Numbered from the stretch's first letter, positions 9,214 to 18,109 are shown. The stretch is DNA of 64,000 bases from a virus (IMGVR_UViG_3300032030_000014:3919-67918), one strand, 5' to 3'. Numbers and translations are program-made. The notes: generated by a model not told the origin, from the letters alone.

Positions 9214-9443
9214 AACTTAATTATACACAGGAGGAACTATCCACTCTCTTGGATGGACTAAATAATGCTTGTATGGCACTGGCTCATGTATATTCAGCGG
9301 CATATTTAGGTTGCGATATTCCTGGTAGTTTTATACCTATGTTTGAACATCGTAGTTTTGAAGAAATTGAAGAAGTAACCAAATTGCGTTATGGTGCGGT
9401 TAGACAGTTATATAATTTTCTTCTGTCCTACGAAGAAAAATAA
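9204..9443 (+). CDS. hypothetical protein (79 aa), start overlaps the upstream stop
   Basis: ATGGAGATAA overlap; in frame with ORF 9144..9443. Confidence 0.5.
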   Translation: MEIKLNYTQEELSTLLDGLNNACMALAHVYSAAYLGCDIPGSFIPMFEHRSFEEIEEVTKLRYGAVRQLYNFLLSYEEK

Positions 9444-9445
9444 TT

Positions 9446-9520
9446 GCGGGTGTCGTATAACGGCTATTATACCTGGCTTCCACCCAGGAGACGTGGGTTC
9501 GATTCCCATCACTCGCTCCA
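9446..9520 (+). tRNA. tRNA-Gly (TCC)
   Basis: Acceptor gcgggtg/cactcgc; anticodon arm cctgg-ctTCCac-ccagg; T-arm gtgggttcgattcccat; U73; CCA. Confidence 0.75.
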
Positions 9521-9600
9521 ATAGCCGCCAGAGCAATGCGGCATTACCTGCTAGCAAGGTCCTGTAAAAACATGCCCTGCTGGCGGCTTATACCTCTTAT

Positions 9601-9629
9601 TTGATTTTTATAAAAAAATATATTATAAT
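9601..9629 (+). promoter_or_regulatory. conserved phage promoter (family)
   Basis: ttgatttttataaaaaaatatattataat. Confidence 0.7.
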
Positions 9630-9661
9630 ATATTTAGAAAATCAGATAAGAGGTGTTTTCT

Positions 9662-9853
9662 ATGTATTTCTGTCCGTTGTGCTATAAAACTTTCGAGACA
9701 GAGGCGGAAGCTGGAAAGCATTCGCTAAAGTGCTGGAAAGAAAGAAACCCTTATCATCAATCCAAGCCTGCCCCGCACAGCGAGAATATTGAAGAAAGAG
9801 CAATCAATAGCGATATGCTTAATTTCTTTTCTTCTCTCCAAAAGAAGGATTGA
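9662..9853 (+). CDS. small zinc-finger-like protein (FCPLCYKTF...H..KC)
   Basis: RBS aagaggtg; ATG at 9662; C2H2-like motif. Confidence 0.5.
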   Translation: MYFCPLCYKTFETEAEAGKHSLKCWKERNPYHQSKPAPHSENIEERAINSDMLNFFSSLQKKD

Positions 9854-10206
9854 TGATGCAAGAGGTAATGATAAAAACCCACTTAATAGTCACAGATGTT
9901 CACGAAGAATATTTTGTAGATTGGTGTGGGAAAATTGCTAATACAAAACCCCTTTTCAAGAACAATATGCCGATATTTGTTATTATTGGATCTGAGGGGC
10001 GTGTTGAAATAAACACTATTGACATAAAGAGTATTGAAGAATCAGCAAAAAAATTAACTCATCCTCGTGGGCGGCAGGCAATAACGACTGACATAGCCCG
10101 CATTTATATCAAAGAAGAAAATGGAAATGAGAAGTTGATTGGAAGAGTTATTCACAATCACGTTAAAAAATATCAGCAAATGTATGACCCTTTCAACAAG
10201 ATTTGA
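9853..10206 (+). CDS. hypothetical protein (117 aa)
   Basis: ORF track 9850..10206; overlaps the upstream stop. Confidence 0.5.
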   Translation: MMQEVMIKTHLIVTDVHEEYFVDWCGKIANTKPLFKNNMPIFVIIGSEGRVEINTIDIKSIEESAKKLTHPRGRQAITTDIARIYIKEENGNEKLIGRVIHNHVKKYQQMYDPFNKI

Positions 10207-10215
10207 AAATCTCTA

Positions 10216-10244
10216 ATTGATTTTTTAAAAAAAATATATTATAA
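10216..10244 (+). promoter_or_regulatory. conserved phage promoter (family)
   Basis: ttgattttttaaaaaaaatatattataat. Confidence 0.7.
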
Positions 10245-10277
10245 TATATATGTAAGATAAAGAAAGGGGAATGAAAG

Positions 10278-10445
10278 ATGTTTGATGATTTTGACACCCA
10301 GGTTCAGATCGAAGAGATTATCCCCGAAGAGTATGAGGACTGGCTTGAATCCATCCGCAATGAAGAGCATGATGAATGGTTTCGGCAGTTCTGTGAGGAT
10401 ATGGCGCAAGAGCGTTATGAGGAGGGCATTTATGCTGAAGTATGA
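10278..10445 (+). CDS. small acidic protein (55 aa)
   Basis: RBS aagggga; ends TGA, overlapping the next start. Confidence 0.4.
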   Translation: MFDDFDTQVQIEEIIPEEYEDWLESIRNEEHDEWFRQFCEDMAQERYEEGIYAEV

Positions 10446-10698
10446 TATGGTTAAGGAATTCAGTGGTGACGAAGTGTTCGAAGCCTGCCGCAAGCGTTGC
10501 GGTCGTGATATTGAGGGAATCCTCAATGAAACTTACTGCCCGCCTCAGGATGGCGCAATCTGGGTGAGTCTTCCTCCGAAAGATGAGTATGATGACCCTG
10601 AATGTTACAGCCCCGAAGAGATTATTTTGTTCAAGACCCTTCATGAAGATGGCGGGCTTGAGTGGGGCGAGGGCTGTTACATCGCAGTAAGCTACTAA
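10432..10698 (+). CDS. hypothetical protein (88 aa)
   Basis: ATG at 10432 in the frame of ORF 10282..10698; the upstream part of that ORF lies in the promoter and previous gene. Confidence 0.5.
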   Translation: MLKYDMVKEFSGDEVFEACRKRCGRDIEGILNETYCPPQDGAIWVSLPPKDEYDDPECYSPEEIILFKTLHEDGGLEWGEGCYIAVSY

Positions 10699-10714
10699 AC
10701 AAAAAGAACTCCAC

Positions 10715-10743
10715 TTGATTTTTTTAAAAAAATATTATATAAT
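10715..10743 (+). promoter_or_regulatory. conserved phage promoter driving a non-coding region plus tRNAs
   Basis: ttgatttttttaaaaaaatattatataat; no ORF downstream, tRNA-Ala ~170 nt downstream. Confidence 0.6.
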
Positions 10744-10913
10744 ATATATGTAAGATAAAGAAAGGGAATGAAACCGAGATAGAAAGTTGGGCTCGGCATT
10801 GACCATCATCCCTTCATCCAAGGCTCGCGGGAGGAATAATAGACGGACTGAGCATCACTAATTGTGGTTGGAGCGTGAAGAGGACGCCGTTGGCCGCGTT
10901 AAGGCTGATATCT

Positions 10914-10989
10914 GGGGGTGTAGCTCAATCGGTAGAGCGACGGCTTTGCAAGCCGTAGGTAGCGGGATCGTAACCTGTCACCTCCACCA
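10914..10989 (+). tRNA. tRNA-Ala (TGC), non-canonical T-loop (atcgtaa)
   Basis: gggggtg-ta-gctcaatcggtagagc...acggc-ttTGCaa-gccgt...cacctcc-a-cca. Confidence 0.55.
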
Positions 10990-11573
10990 GGCTCGCCCCT
11001 GGCCGCAACGTAAAGGGGTAAAGCGCCACCAGAGATTGATAGTATCTATGGAACTGCAGGCGCGATATAAATAGGTAAATCCAATTACTATTTTGGTCTT
11101 GAAGTTTAGCTTGGGAACAAGCTAACAGGCCACGGCAGTTCGTTTTGAAGTCATCCTGTCGTTATGAAGCGGTGGCCACCGTGAGAATATGATGGAGGGT
11201 GCCGGTCTCGAGAAAAATCCGACCAAAAGGAAGCTGCGGCGTTACCGGTTGCCGCACAACCGCCAATGGATTAAGCGGTATATAAAATGGTTCAGCTCGT
11301 AGCGACCGTCTGGCGCGAGGATAAACAAAAGTTCTTGGCGGCCTATAGCAAGTTAATATAGTTAGTCAGACGTTTGTTGACTAATCTATCACCCTTGCCG
11401 AATAAAATCGGTGCAAATCCGTTGCGGACTACGAAATGCTCAGAGGAATGTCGTAGGAGTAAGGTTCCCAAGGCGGGACATGATTAAGGACTGACGTGTG
11501 GCCCTACGATAAGGTGGCATGAGTTTAGCCCAAGTTTCGAGTCTTTTATCTTTGAAAAAGACGATGAACATAT
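10990..11573 (+). ncRNA. ~580-nt GC-rich (~50% GC) structured non-coding island between tRNA-Ala and tRNA-Asp; function unknown
   Basis: No ORF; sharp GC contrast with the genome; many local hairpins. I looked for tmRNA and RNase P motifs and did not recognise any. Confidence 0.3.
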
Positions 11574-11650
11574 GGCTCCGAGGGAAAACAGGTTGATCCG
11601 CCAGCCTGTCACGCTGGAGATAGCGGGTTCGAGCCCCGCCGGAGTCGCCA
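11574..11650 (+). tRNA. tRNA-Asp (GTC), unusual D-arm
   Basis: Acceptor ggctccg/cggagtc; anticodon arm ccagc-ctGTCac-gctgg; T-arm gcgggttcgagccccgc; G73; CCA. Confidence 0.5.
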
Positions 11651-11723
11651 GAGAGGAAAGTTACATTCGTTCAGAGTGGGTAACAAAGTAGGATGTGAAA
11701 CTGGTTCGGCCTACGTTTTATCT

Positions 11724-11807
11724 GCCGATGTGGCGGAATGGCAGACGCGTCTGCCTTAGGAGCAGATGTCGAAAGGCGTGCAGGTTCAAGTCCTGTCATC
11801 GGTACCA
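11724..11807 (+). tRNA. tRNA-Leu (TAG anticodon, reads CUA/CUG), class II
   Basis: D-arm gcggaatggcagacgc; anticodon arm tctgc-ctTAGga-gcaga; long variable arm; T-arm gcaggttcaagtcctgt; A73; CCA. Confidence 0.65.
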
Positions 11808-11818
11808 ATTTTATATGC

Positions 11819-11977
11819 GGGTTTCGTATAAGAGGTAAGACAGCCCCGAGGAGAGGGGCAGATGTGGGTTCGATCCCCACAACCGGCAAACAGGTTTGAT
11901 GTAAGAGGAAAGCATAGTGGCGGGCATTTGGAAATCCCGCCGCAGGTATGGGTTCGAATCCCATAACCGACAGTTAA
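11819..11977 (+). other. two tandem degenerate tRNA-like elements (possible tRNA pseudogenes)
   Basis: Both have good T-arms (gtgggttcgatccccac; atgggttcgaatcccat) and similar D-like regions. Acceptor and anticodon arms are imperfect. Confidence 0.3.
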
Positions 11978-12282
11978 TAGTATTTGGGTCGTTGCCAACT
12001 TCTACCCGACAAACTACTATGATTATAAACAGATAGTAGAGATTATAACAAAGTGAAGTATGGGTTTAGAGTGATGCTGGTTTATGCGTTCTATGCCGAA
12101 ACGCAATCGGGAATGGCTGTTTGGTTGAAGGTGTAGCCTCGCTCCCGGAAAGGCGAGGGTGAGAAGAACCGCCCGAGGATTTTTGTATCAGTTTTTCCTG
12201 CGCTTGGATAGTGGAAAAACATACGGTTCAGTGATGCCGCTGTTCCAGAAAGATGGGTGCTGCAGACCCCATAAGTGCATAT

Positions 12283-12359
12283 CCTCCTCTACTCCAACTG
12301 GTAGAGAGAGACGGCTCAAACCCGTTATAGTCTCGGTTCGAATCCGAGGGGGAGGACCA
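12283..12359 (+). tRNA. class-I-type tRNA with anticodon CAA (Leu codon UUG) but no long variable arm
   Basis: Acceptor cctcctc/ggggagg; anticodon arm gacgg-ctCAAac-ccgtt; T-arm ctcggttcgaatccgag; A73; CCA. Confidence 0.45.
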
Positions 12360-12372
12360 AAAAATCATTTAG

Positions 12373-12401
12373 TTGATTTTTCAAAAAAAATTTGATATAA
12401 T
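12373..12401 (+). promoter_or_regulatory. conserved phage promoter (family) driving a non-coding RNA region plus tRNAs
   Basis: ttgatttttcaaaaaaaatttgatataat. Confidence 0.65.
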
Positions 12402-12408
12402 ATTTATA

Positions 12409-12759
12409 GAAAGATAAGGAAAGCACCATGAAAGGGTTGGCGGTTATCCCTAAAAACCGTTGGCAACAGTAATCGCACCTCCACGTGGTGTTGCTGGATG
12501 CGAGTGATTTCTCTAGCTCGTAACTAAATGCGATAGATAACATAAGCTTGGCTGACGTCCCAGCCCCTGAGCCATTGAGAAGAATGGAACAGGATACAAC
12601 AGTACCGATGTACGCGCGGAAATTTCGGCCATAGTCAGGGAGCCGTAGAAAAGCTCTATGTTATCAACCTCAGCCCTTGGCGTGGGAGGCGAAACGTTCC
12701 AGCAAAGCAGATGAACTGCTGGTGGTTGTAGGTGACTGTATGGAACCTTCGTAGAAACT
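12409..12759 (+). ncRNA. ~350-nt GC-rich candidate structured ncRNA transcribed from the 12373 promoter, upstream of tRNA-Glu
   Basis: No ORF; ~50% GC; directly downstream of a strong promoter. Identity unknown. Confidence 0.3.
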
Positions 12760-12836
12760 GGCCCTGTCGACAAGAGGCCTAAGTCACCGGCCTTTCAAGC
12801 CGGAGTCGGTGGGTTCGAATCCCCCCAGGGTCACCA
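12760..12836 (+). tRNA. tRNA-Glu (TTC)
   Basis: Acceptor ggccctg/cagggtc; anticodon arm ccggc-ctTTCaa-gccgg; T-loop ttcgaat; CCA. Confidence 0.6.
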
Positions 12837-13129
12837 AAGGCTTCTTATCAATTCAGCCCAATAATAAAGAAGAATTGATACTCGTAGGGATGGATTATTA
12901 CTAAACTACCACCGGCACTCAACCTCGGCGTCCTTTGAGATATGCGGGTCAGTGATATGTGGCTTGTCACTAACGAGTATAAATAAAAGCGAAAGCAAGT
13001 AGAAGCCCATAATGGGGTGGCTGTCCCAGGTCAGGGGGGCGTTTCAAATTATCAGTTGTTCCAAACAGCGCAGTAAATATGACCATTTGGACGAGGAGCG
13101 TGGCTAAGCTCGTTAAACCGCCACATATT

Positions 13130-13206
13130 GGCCCCTTCCTCTAATGGCTTAGGAGTCCGGCCTCTCACGCCGGCAATGTTGAGTTCGAGTCTCACAGGGG
13201 TCACCA
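13130..13206 (+). tRNA. tRNA-Glu (CTC)
   Basis: Acceptor ggcccct/aggggtc; anticodon arm ccggc-ctCTCac-gccgg; T-loop ttcgagt; CCA. Confidence 0.6.
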
Positions 13207-13321
13207 TAGGTAGAGAATCGAGAATCTACCTGCCCCAAGTGCATAGCACTGAGGCGATGCCGTTTGTATTTTTCATATTACTCAGTGCTGGGTATCACAT
13301 TAAACTGCCCACTCCTCATAT

Positions 13322-13400
13322 TGCGGGGTGTTAGCAGTCTGGTAGCTTGCCTGCCTCATAAGCAGGAGGTCGGTGGTTCAAATCCATCCCCCCGCAACCA
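13322..13400 (+). tRNA. second CAT-anticodon tRNA (Met, fMet or Ile2 type)
   Basis: Anticodon arm cctgc-ctCATaa-gcagg; T-arm ggtggttcaaatccatc; acceptor tgcgggg/ccccgca with one extra nucleotide; CCA. Confidence 0.5.
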
Positions 13401-13805
13401 GGTGTTCGCGCACTGTTTTCTCATTCCTCGTTTAAGCTCCCTTCGGAGGGATCCTACTTATCTTGTCTATGGTAACTACCTCCTATAAAAATAAGTCGTT
13501 AATTTTGGTATAGTTAAGTAGGCTGGGGAGTAACACCTCTTCACATACCTTCTTTTCGCAATAAAAACTCTTTTCTGACAGGAGTTTTTAATAAAACTTG
13601 TGTGTTCGTTTTCAGTCTCCTTTCTTTTGGTTTTTTGTTTTGAAAGTGTCCTCTTTCACCGTTGTTCTGTTTTCCACACAAGAATAAATTTTTACCTGTC
13701 AGTTCTTATAAAATTCTTTTTCTAAACCACCAATGATTGGTCTCAAGTCCAATAGGAAGAAGTGCGAGAGGAAAAAGAATTTTTTTTGAAAGGGAGGAAT
13801 TTCAA

Positions 13806-14093
13806 ATGAAGTTCTATTCTGAAAAGCTCAATAAGATGTTCGACACTTAGGAGCTATGTGCTCAAGCAGAGAGCGAGCACGAACAAGCAGTAGCGGAGGC
13901 TGAGGCTAAGAAGAAAGCCCTCGCAGAAGAAAGAGCAACCCGTGCCAAGGCTGTTGAAGATGCATACCGCAAGGCTGTTGAAGCCAAGCAAGAGTATGAT
14001 AAAATCCTTCAAGAGTTCCTTAAAGATTATGGTTCTTTCCACGCTACATTCAAAACCGGCGATCCCTTCTTTGGAATTTTTGACTGGTTTTAA
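13806..14093 (+). CDS. hypothetical protein with one in-frame TAG (95 aa)
   Basis: RBS gggaggaatttcaaatg; frame contains a single TAG (KMFDT-TAG-ELCAQ) and ends TAA. Confidence 0.5.
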
Positions 14094-14134
14094 TCTCTTC
14101 TAAACGCGGCCGGGGCGCAAGTCCCGACCCTTAT

Positions 14135-14229
14135 GTCGGGCTAAGCCTAATTGGTAAGGCATCCGCCTGCTAAGCGGAGAGTAGTCGTCGTAAGGCGGCG
14201 TTTCGGTTCAAGTCCGAAGCCCGACGCCA
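14135..14229 (+). tRNA. tRNA-Ser (GCT), class II
   Basis: Acceptor gtcgggc/gcccgac is perfect; anticodon arm tccgc-ctGCTaa-gcgga; long variable arm; G73; CCA. Confidence 0.75.
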
Positions 14230-14270
14230 GAGCTTTGGCTCTATTTTACGCGTAAAAGGAGAGATTCCCA

Positions 14271-14810
14271 ATGAATGATGTTCGTCTCAAGATTTCACCC
14301 CCATGGATTACTTATATCAATAAGCTGTAGGCTCTATTTGATGGCGATCCGCAGATCGCTTGTAATGTAAATCAGAGTGCGGCAGGACCTTCTATTGTTC
14401 TTGCTTGCAACAATGGTGATAAGGTTGCTGCTCTACAGAGACTTCTTCCAACAGAAAAGAAGTTTGGCAATGTAACCCTCACTATTGGAGTTGATGGAGT
14501 TCCAAGCAATATTGCTTTTCCAACTCCAAAGGCTTTGTTTGATGCCGCTTTTAGTGGTAATCCAGCTTATGCTTATTCCCTATCTCCTTCCGACGAAGGT
14601 TATTGGTTCTTTAGCATGACTTATGTTGTATTCAAGAATTGTGTTGTTCAGTTTTTCAATGATAATCTAAATGATTGTCATGGTTTAATTAGCACACTTT
14701 ATCAGGATATTGCAGCAGAAATCTTTGAAGATGCTGGTTTGAGTGGTGTTTATTATAACACCGATGTTGAAACTGGCAAGCTCGGCAAGCCACTTGGTGA
14801 GTGGCCTTAA
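14271..14810 (+). CDS. hypothetical protein with one in-frame TAG (179 aa)
   Basis: RBS aaaaggagag; ATG at 14271 is in frame with ORF 14535..14810 across one TAG (YINKL-TAG-ALFDG). Confidence 0.55.
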
Positions 14811-14825
14811 TGCGTAAATAATTTA

Positions 14826-14892
14826 AAGGCTCATACAGCAATTTTTTATATATAATTTACTTAAAATAAATTTACATATAAAAAAGAGCCTT
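14826..14892 (+). repeat. stem-loop family member (aaggctc-ATACAGCAA ... gagcctt) preceding tRNA-Ser
   Basis: 7-bp stem with the conserved loop 5' segment; AT-rich ~50-nt loop. Confidence 0.55.
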
Positions 14893-14900
14893 GTTTTTAT

Positions 14901-14994
14901 ACAGTGGTAAGCCTAATTGGTAAGGCACCCGCCTGGAAAGTGGGGAGTAACCGTTAATAGCGGCGTGCGAGTTCAAGTCTCGCCCACTGTGCCA
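14901..14994 (+). tRNA. tRNA-Ser (GGA), class II
   Basis: Acceptor acagtgg/ccactgt is perfect; anticodon arm cccgc-ctGGAaa-gtggg; long variable arm; G73; CCA. Confidence 0.7.
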
Positions 14995-14999
14995 AATAT

Positions 15000-15087
15000 G
15001 CGCGTAATCCGGCTGGATGAGGAAGCGGTCTTGAAAACCGTCGGGGTCCAAAAGCCTTTGGGGGTTCGAGTCCCTCTGCGCGCGCCA
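15000..15087 (+). tRNA. tRNA-Ser (TGA), class II
   Basis: Acceptor gcgcgta/tgcgcgc; anticodon arm gcggt-ctTGAaa-accgt; long variable arm; G73; CCA. Confidence 0.65.
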
Positions 15088-15229
15088 AGACCAAACGCGC
15101 AAGGTTTAGAGGGGTTGTAGTAGAAGAAATAGTCTGGTCTACGCCGGGTGGCGTCATGAACCACAACATGGAGACGCGGCATTCAGTTCCGTCAACCCCT
15201 CGATTTTTAGGAGGATAAAATGGATAAGC

Positions 15230-15375
15230 ATCTTGCAAAAATTTATAAACATCTACGAAAAATTGAGAAGAAATGTGAAAAAAAGGGTATTTCTTCTGCA
15301 GGTCTGCGTCAAGCTATTCTCAATCTCCATGTTGAACTTCATAATATCGGTTTTACCTACGATACTAAGAAATAA
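15230..15375 (+). CDS. small basic protein (48 aa)
   Basis: RBS taggaggataaaatg. Confidence 0.4.
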
Positions 15376-15450
15376 GCCCCGTTAGTCTAATGGATAAAAC
15401 AAAGGACTTCTAATCCTTAGTTCTGCGTTCGAGTCGCAGGCGGGGTGCCA
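15376..15450 (+). tRNA. tRNA-Arg (TCT)
   Basis: Acceptor gccccgt/gcggggt; anticodon arm aagga-ctTCTaa-tcctt; T-arm ctgcgttcgagtcgcag; CCA. Confidence 0.7.
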
Positions 15451-15462
15451 TAAGGAGTAATT

Positions 15463-15933
15463 ATGAAAATTCTAAATACTTCATTAAATATTTTTGATTT
15501 ACCCCAATCTTCTAATTGCGCCGTTTGCGTATTGACAAATGGGGTTATTAAAAAAGATGGTAGTTTAGTTATGGGTGCAGGCCAAGCAAAAGAAGCAGAT
15601 GTAAGATTTAAGTGCGCGAAAGAATTTGGAAAATTAACTGCTGATAGTGGTATTAAACCTTGCTGCTTAAGTAGAAAAGTAACTGGTAATAATACACAAC
15701 CGTATTGGTTATTTAGTTTTCCTACAAAATATCATTGGCGCGATAAGAGTGATCTAAATCTTATTACTATTTCTGCTTATGAAATAGTGAGAATGGTTAA
15801 TAATCTTGAGATAGATACTTGTTATCTTCCTCCTGCGGGATGCGGGTTGGGTGGACTGAATTGGAAAACACAAGTAAAACCAATTCTTGAATCTATTTTA
15901 AATGATCACTTTATAGTAGTATTGCGAGAATAA
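15463..15933 (+). CDS. hypothetical protein (156 aa); weak resemblance to macro-domain / ADP-ribose-binding proteins (VMGAGQAKEA), not secure
   Basis: ORF track; RBS taaggagtaattatg. Confidence 0.5.
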   Translation: MKILNTSLNIFDLPQSSNCAVCVLTNGVIKKDGSLVMGAGQAKEADVRFKCAKEFGKLTADSGIKPCCLSRKVTGNNTQPYWLFSFPTKYHWRDKSDLNLITISAYEIVRMVNNLEIDTCYLPPAGCGLGGLNWKTQVKPILESILNDHFIVVLRE

Positions 15934-15936
15934 TAT

Positions 15937-16011
15937 GCCCCGGTAGTCTAACGGATAGAACATTTGGCTACGGACCAAAGGGTGTGGGTTCGATTCCTGC
16001 TCGGGGTGCCA
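15937..16011 (+). tRNA. tRNA-Arg (ACG)
   Basis: Acceptor gccccgg/tcggggt; anticodon arm tttgg-ctACGga-ccaaa; T-loop ttcgatt; CCA. Confidence 0.65.
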
Positions 16012-16234
16012 AAAGTAGCAAACACTTTAAGTTTGACGGACGCCAGCTATTCCGCTCCATGTCGAAGGGAGTATAAATATGCGATCTTGAGGTAGCTGGA
16101 GGTTGTGGGTTATCCTGTGAAACCCTCTTATATTAGCAAGGTTTAAGCGAATCTGGAAACGGCAAATCCACTCAATTTAGTTGAGGTTAAATCCGAGAGA
16201 ACCGTGTCGCGGCAATCGCAGAGCCGCACTATAT

Positions 16235-16358
16235 GGGGAACTAGGCAAACTGGCAAAGCCGCGTTATAGACGATGTCTAGTCCAAGACAGTGACAGCAAT
16301 TTTTCTTCTTGCATGTAGGAGCACGTGTTTGGTGGTTCGAGTCCACCGTTCCCCACCA
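16235..16358 (+). other. tRNA-like gene with a ~45-nt insertion (candidate intron-containing or aberrant tRNA); anticodon unresolved
   Basis: Acceptor ggggaac/gttcccc is perfect; D-arm ggcaaactggcaaagcc; T-arm ggtggttcgagtccacc; A73; CCA. Interior contains GACAGTGACAGCAA. Confidence 0.35.
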
Positions 16359-16860
16359 TGGTACCAACACCTAACTACAATTTTTTCTTCTGCTATTGCA
16401 TATTTAATTTGCATTAGACAGAGACGCTTAGGTGCAATTTTTGAGAAAACATAGTTTTGTAGTATAACTCAAAACGTGGTCCCAACACGAAAAGTAGGGA
16501 TATAGTGGATAGTATTACTTTATTATTGAACTTCGCGTTCAGGGCGAGAAAAGTTAAATTTAGATTATTAAAACAATTTTGAAACCCAGACGCGCACTCC
16601 ACTCAATGTGCGGCCTGTAAATATGGATTGATAGATTGGGTTGGGGCACCTTATATAAATTTATTTGTTTAGCCAGGAGAGGTTAGTAAATTGCGGAGAG
16701 GTTCATAAGCAACTTTGGTTAGCGGTATGAAGTGTAAACTAAACAAATAGATTTAATAGGTGCCTCAATTTTCTCCACAGGGCTGGCTGCGGCGGCCTCG
16801 GTCATAAAAACCGTCAGCCCAAATCAAAAATGCTTTTTCAAAATTCAAAGAGAAAAATAG

Positions 16861-16889
16861 TTGATTTTTATAAAAAAATATTTTATAAT
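16861..16889 (+). promoter_or_regulatory. conserved phage promoter (family)
   Basis: ttgatttttataaaaaaatattttataat. Confidence 0.7.
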
Positions 16890-16922
16890 ATATATAGAAA
16901 ATAAATCAAGGAGGACCTAAAC

Positions 16923-17117
16923 ATGAATTATAAAAGATACCTGAACTATGAAATTGTCCTTCGGCGTTGCGTTCTTTTGGAAGAGGACGATAATAGACCC
17001 GTTGATGAAATCATTAATGAGGATCTTGATACCAATTGGTTCGTAGAAAATGCTACGAGAGATATGTTTGGTCCAGATGAAGTTCAAAATATTACTATGA
17101 ATTATTATAAAAAGTAA
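16923..17117 (+). CDS. small acidic protein (64 aa)
   Basis: RBS aaggaggacctaaacatg. Confidence 0.5.
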   Translation: MNYKRYLNYEIVLRRCVLLEEDDNRPVDEIINEDLDTNWFVENATRDMFGPDEVQNITMNYYKK

Positions 17118-17536
17118 TGCTGGCGTGGCTCAATGGCAGAGCAGCTGATTTGTTAGCTAAATTTATATCTATGATTGAATTAAGTCCAAAACAAAAAGGT
17201 AATTTAACCGAATTAAAATGCATTAGTGCGTTTTATGAATTAGGTTATCAATGTAGTATCCCTTATGGAGAAAATTCACGGTATGATTTAATTGCGGATA
17301 TAGATGGTAAGCTAATACGGGTACAATGTAAAACTTCAAGAGAAGTTGACGAAGGAGTTATAGAGTTTCCTTGTCGTAGTTCTCGAAGCAATACTCAATC
17401 TAATTTGCAAAGAAGATATACCGCAGACGAAATTGATTATTTCTGTACTTATTGGAAAGGGAAGTGTTATTTAATTCCTATTTCAGAATGTTCAGTAACT
17501 AAAAAACTTCGTTTTATCCCTCCAAAAAACGGATAG
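17117..17536 (+). CDS. ORF inside the tRNA insertion; PD-(D/E)XK-like nuclease motifs (YDLIADIDGKLIRVQCK); candidate intron or homing endonuclease
   Basis: ORF track. Alternative internal start ATG at 17168 (MIELSPKQKGN...). D...D...QxK motif. Confidence 0.45.
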   Translation: MLAWLNGRAADLLAKFISMIELSPKQKGNLTELKCISAFYELGYQCSIPYGENSRYDLIADIDGKLIRVQCKTSREVDEGVIEFPCRSSRSNTQSNLQRRYTADEIDYFCTYWKGKCYLIPISECSVTKKLRFIPPKNG

Positions 17537-17655
17537 AAAGTGGGGATTACTTATGCAAAAGATTATGAACTTCAAGGACAGCTTGAAAAATTGAAAGGTT
17601 AAACATTGGCTAACAAATCAGCAGGTTGGGGGTTCGACTCCCTCCGCCAGCTCCA
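17119..17655 (+). tRNA. split tRNA gene: 5' half (17119-17151) and 3' half (17611-17655) separated by a ~460-nt ORF-containing insertion; anticodon ambiguous (UCA if the exons join as ttt+caaa)
   Basis: Acceptor gctggcg/cgccagc is perfect; D-arm gctcaatggcagagc; anticodon-stem halves gctga and tcagc (extended 9-bp complementarity gctgatttg/caaatcagc); T-arm gggggttcgactccctc; U73; CCA. Confidence 0.5.
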
Positions 17656-17806
17656 CAAGGCTGCCTATGCCTTAAGGGCTTAGTGAAAGGTTTAAAGGTT
17701 TAGCGCTGAATCCTTAAACTAAGTAAATAGGAAGATACAAATAGGAGCCCTACCAAGGGACTGGGAAGAGGGCTGTAACCCCAGTATAAAGCAATCAGCC
17801 TACCGT

Positions 17807-17881
17807 GCGGGTATGGTGTCAGCGGTAGCACATGTGCTTGCCAAGCATAAAGGACGGGTCCGAATCCCGTTACTCGCTCCA
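17807..17881 (+). tRNA. tRNA-Gly (GCC)
   Basis: Acceptor gcgggta/tactcgc; anticodon arm tgtgc-ttGCCaa-gcata; T-arm acgggtccgaatcccgt; U73; CCA. Confidence 0.55.
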
Positions 17882-17890
17882 AAATAAATA

Positions 17891-17999
17891 AAGGCACATA
17901 CAGCAATTACATATAATATATGTACCATCGGTTCAAATCCGATTTCCGCAAATTTTGCGAAATAGCTTAGTTGGTAAAGCAATATAAAAAAAGTGCCTT
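17891..17999 (+). repeat. stem-loop family member (aaggcac-ATACAGCAA ... gtgcctt) enclosing T-arm-like and D-arm-like modules in permuted order
   Basis: Stem aaggcac/gtgcctt. Interior has atcggttcaaatccgat followed by tgcgaaatagcttagttggtaaagc. Confidence 0.4.
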
Positions 18000-18031
18000 G
18001 TGAAAACTTCGTTTTCACGAAGTAAAAATAT

Positions 18032-18109
18032 CGGGGTGTAGCACAGTTTGGCTAGTGCGCGCGCTTTGGGAGCGTGAGGTCGGGGGTTCAAGTCCCTCCA
18101 CCCCGACCA
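18032..18109 (+). tRNA. tRNA-Pro (TGG)
   Basis: Acceptor cggggtg/caccccg (C1-G72); anticodon arm cgcgc-ttTGGga-gcgtg; T-arm gggggttcaagtccctc; A73; CCA. Confidence 0.7.

Noticed and set aside
10990-11573. tmRNA or RNase P RNA in the GC-rich island
   Set aside because: I looked for a tRNA-Ala-like 3' end with a tag ORF ending ...LAA-stop, and for RNase P CR-I/CR-IV motifs. I found neither by eye, so the ncRNA annotation is left generic.
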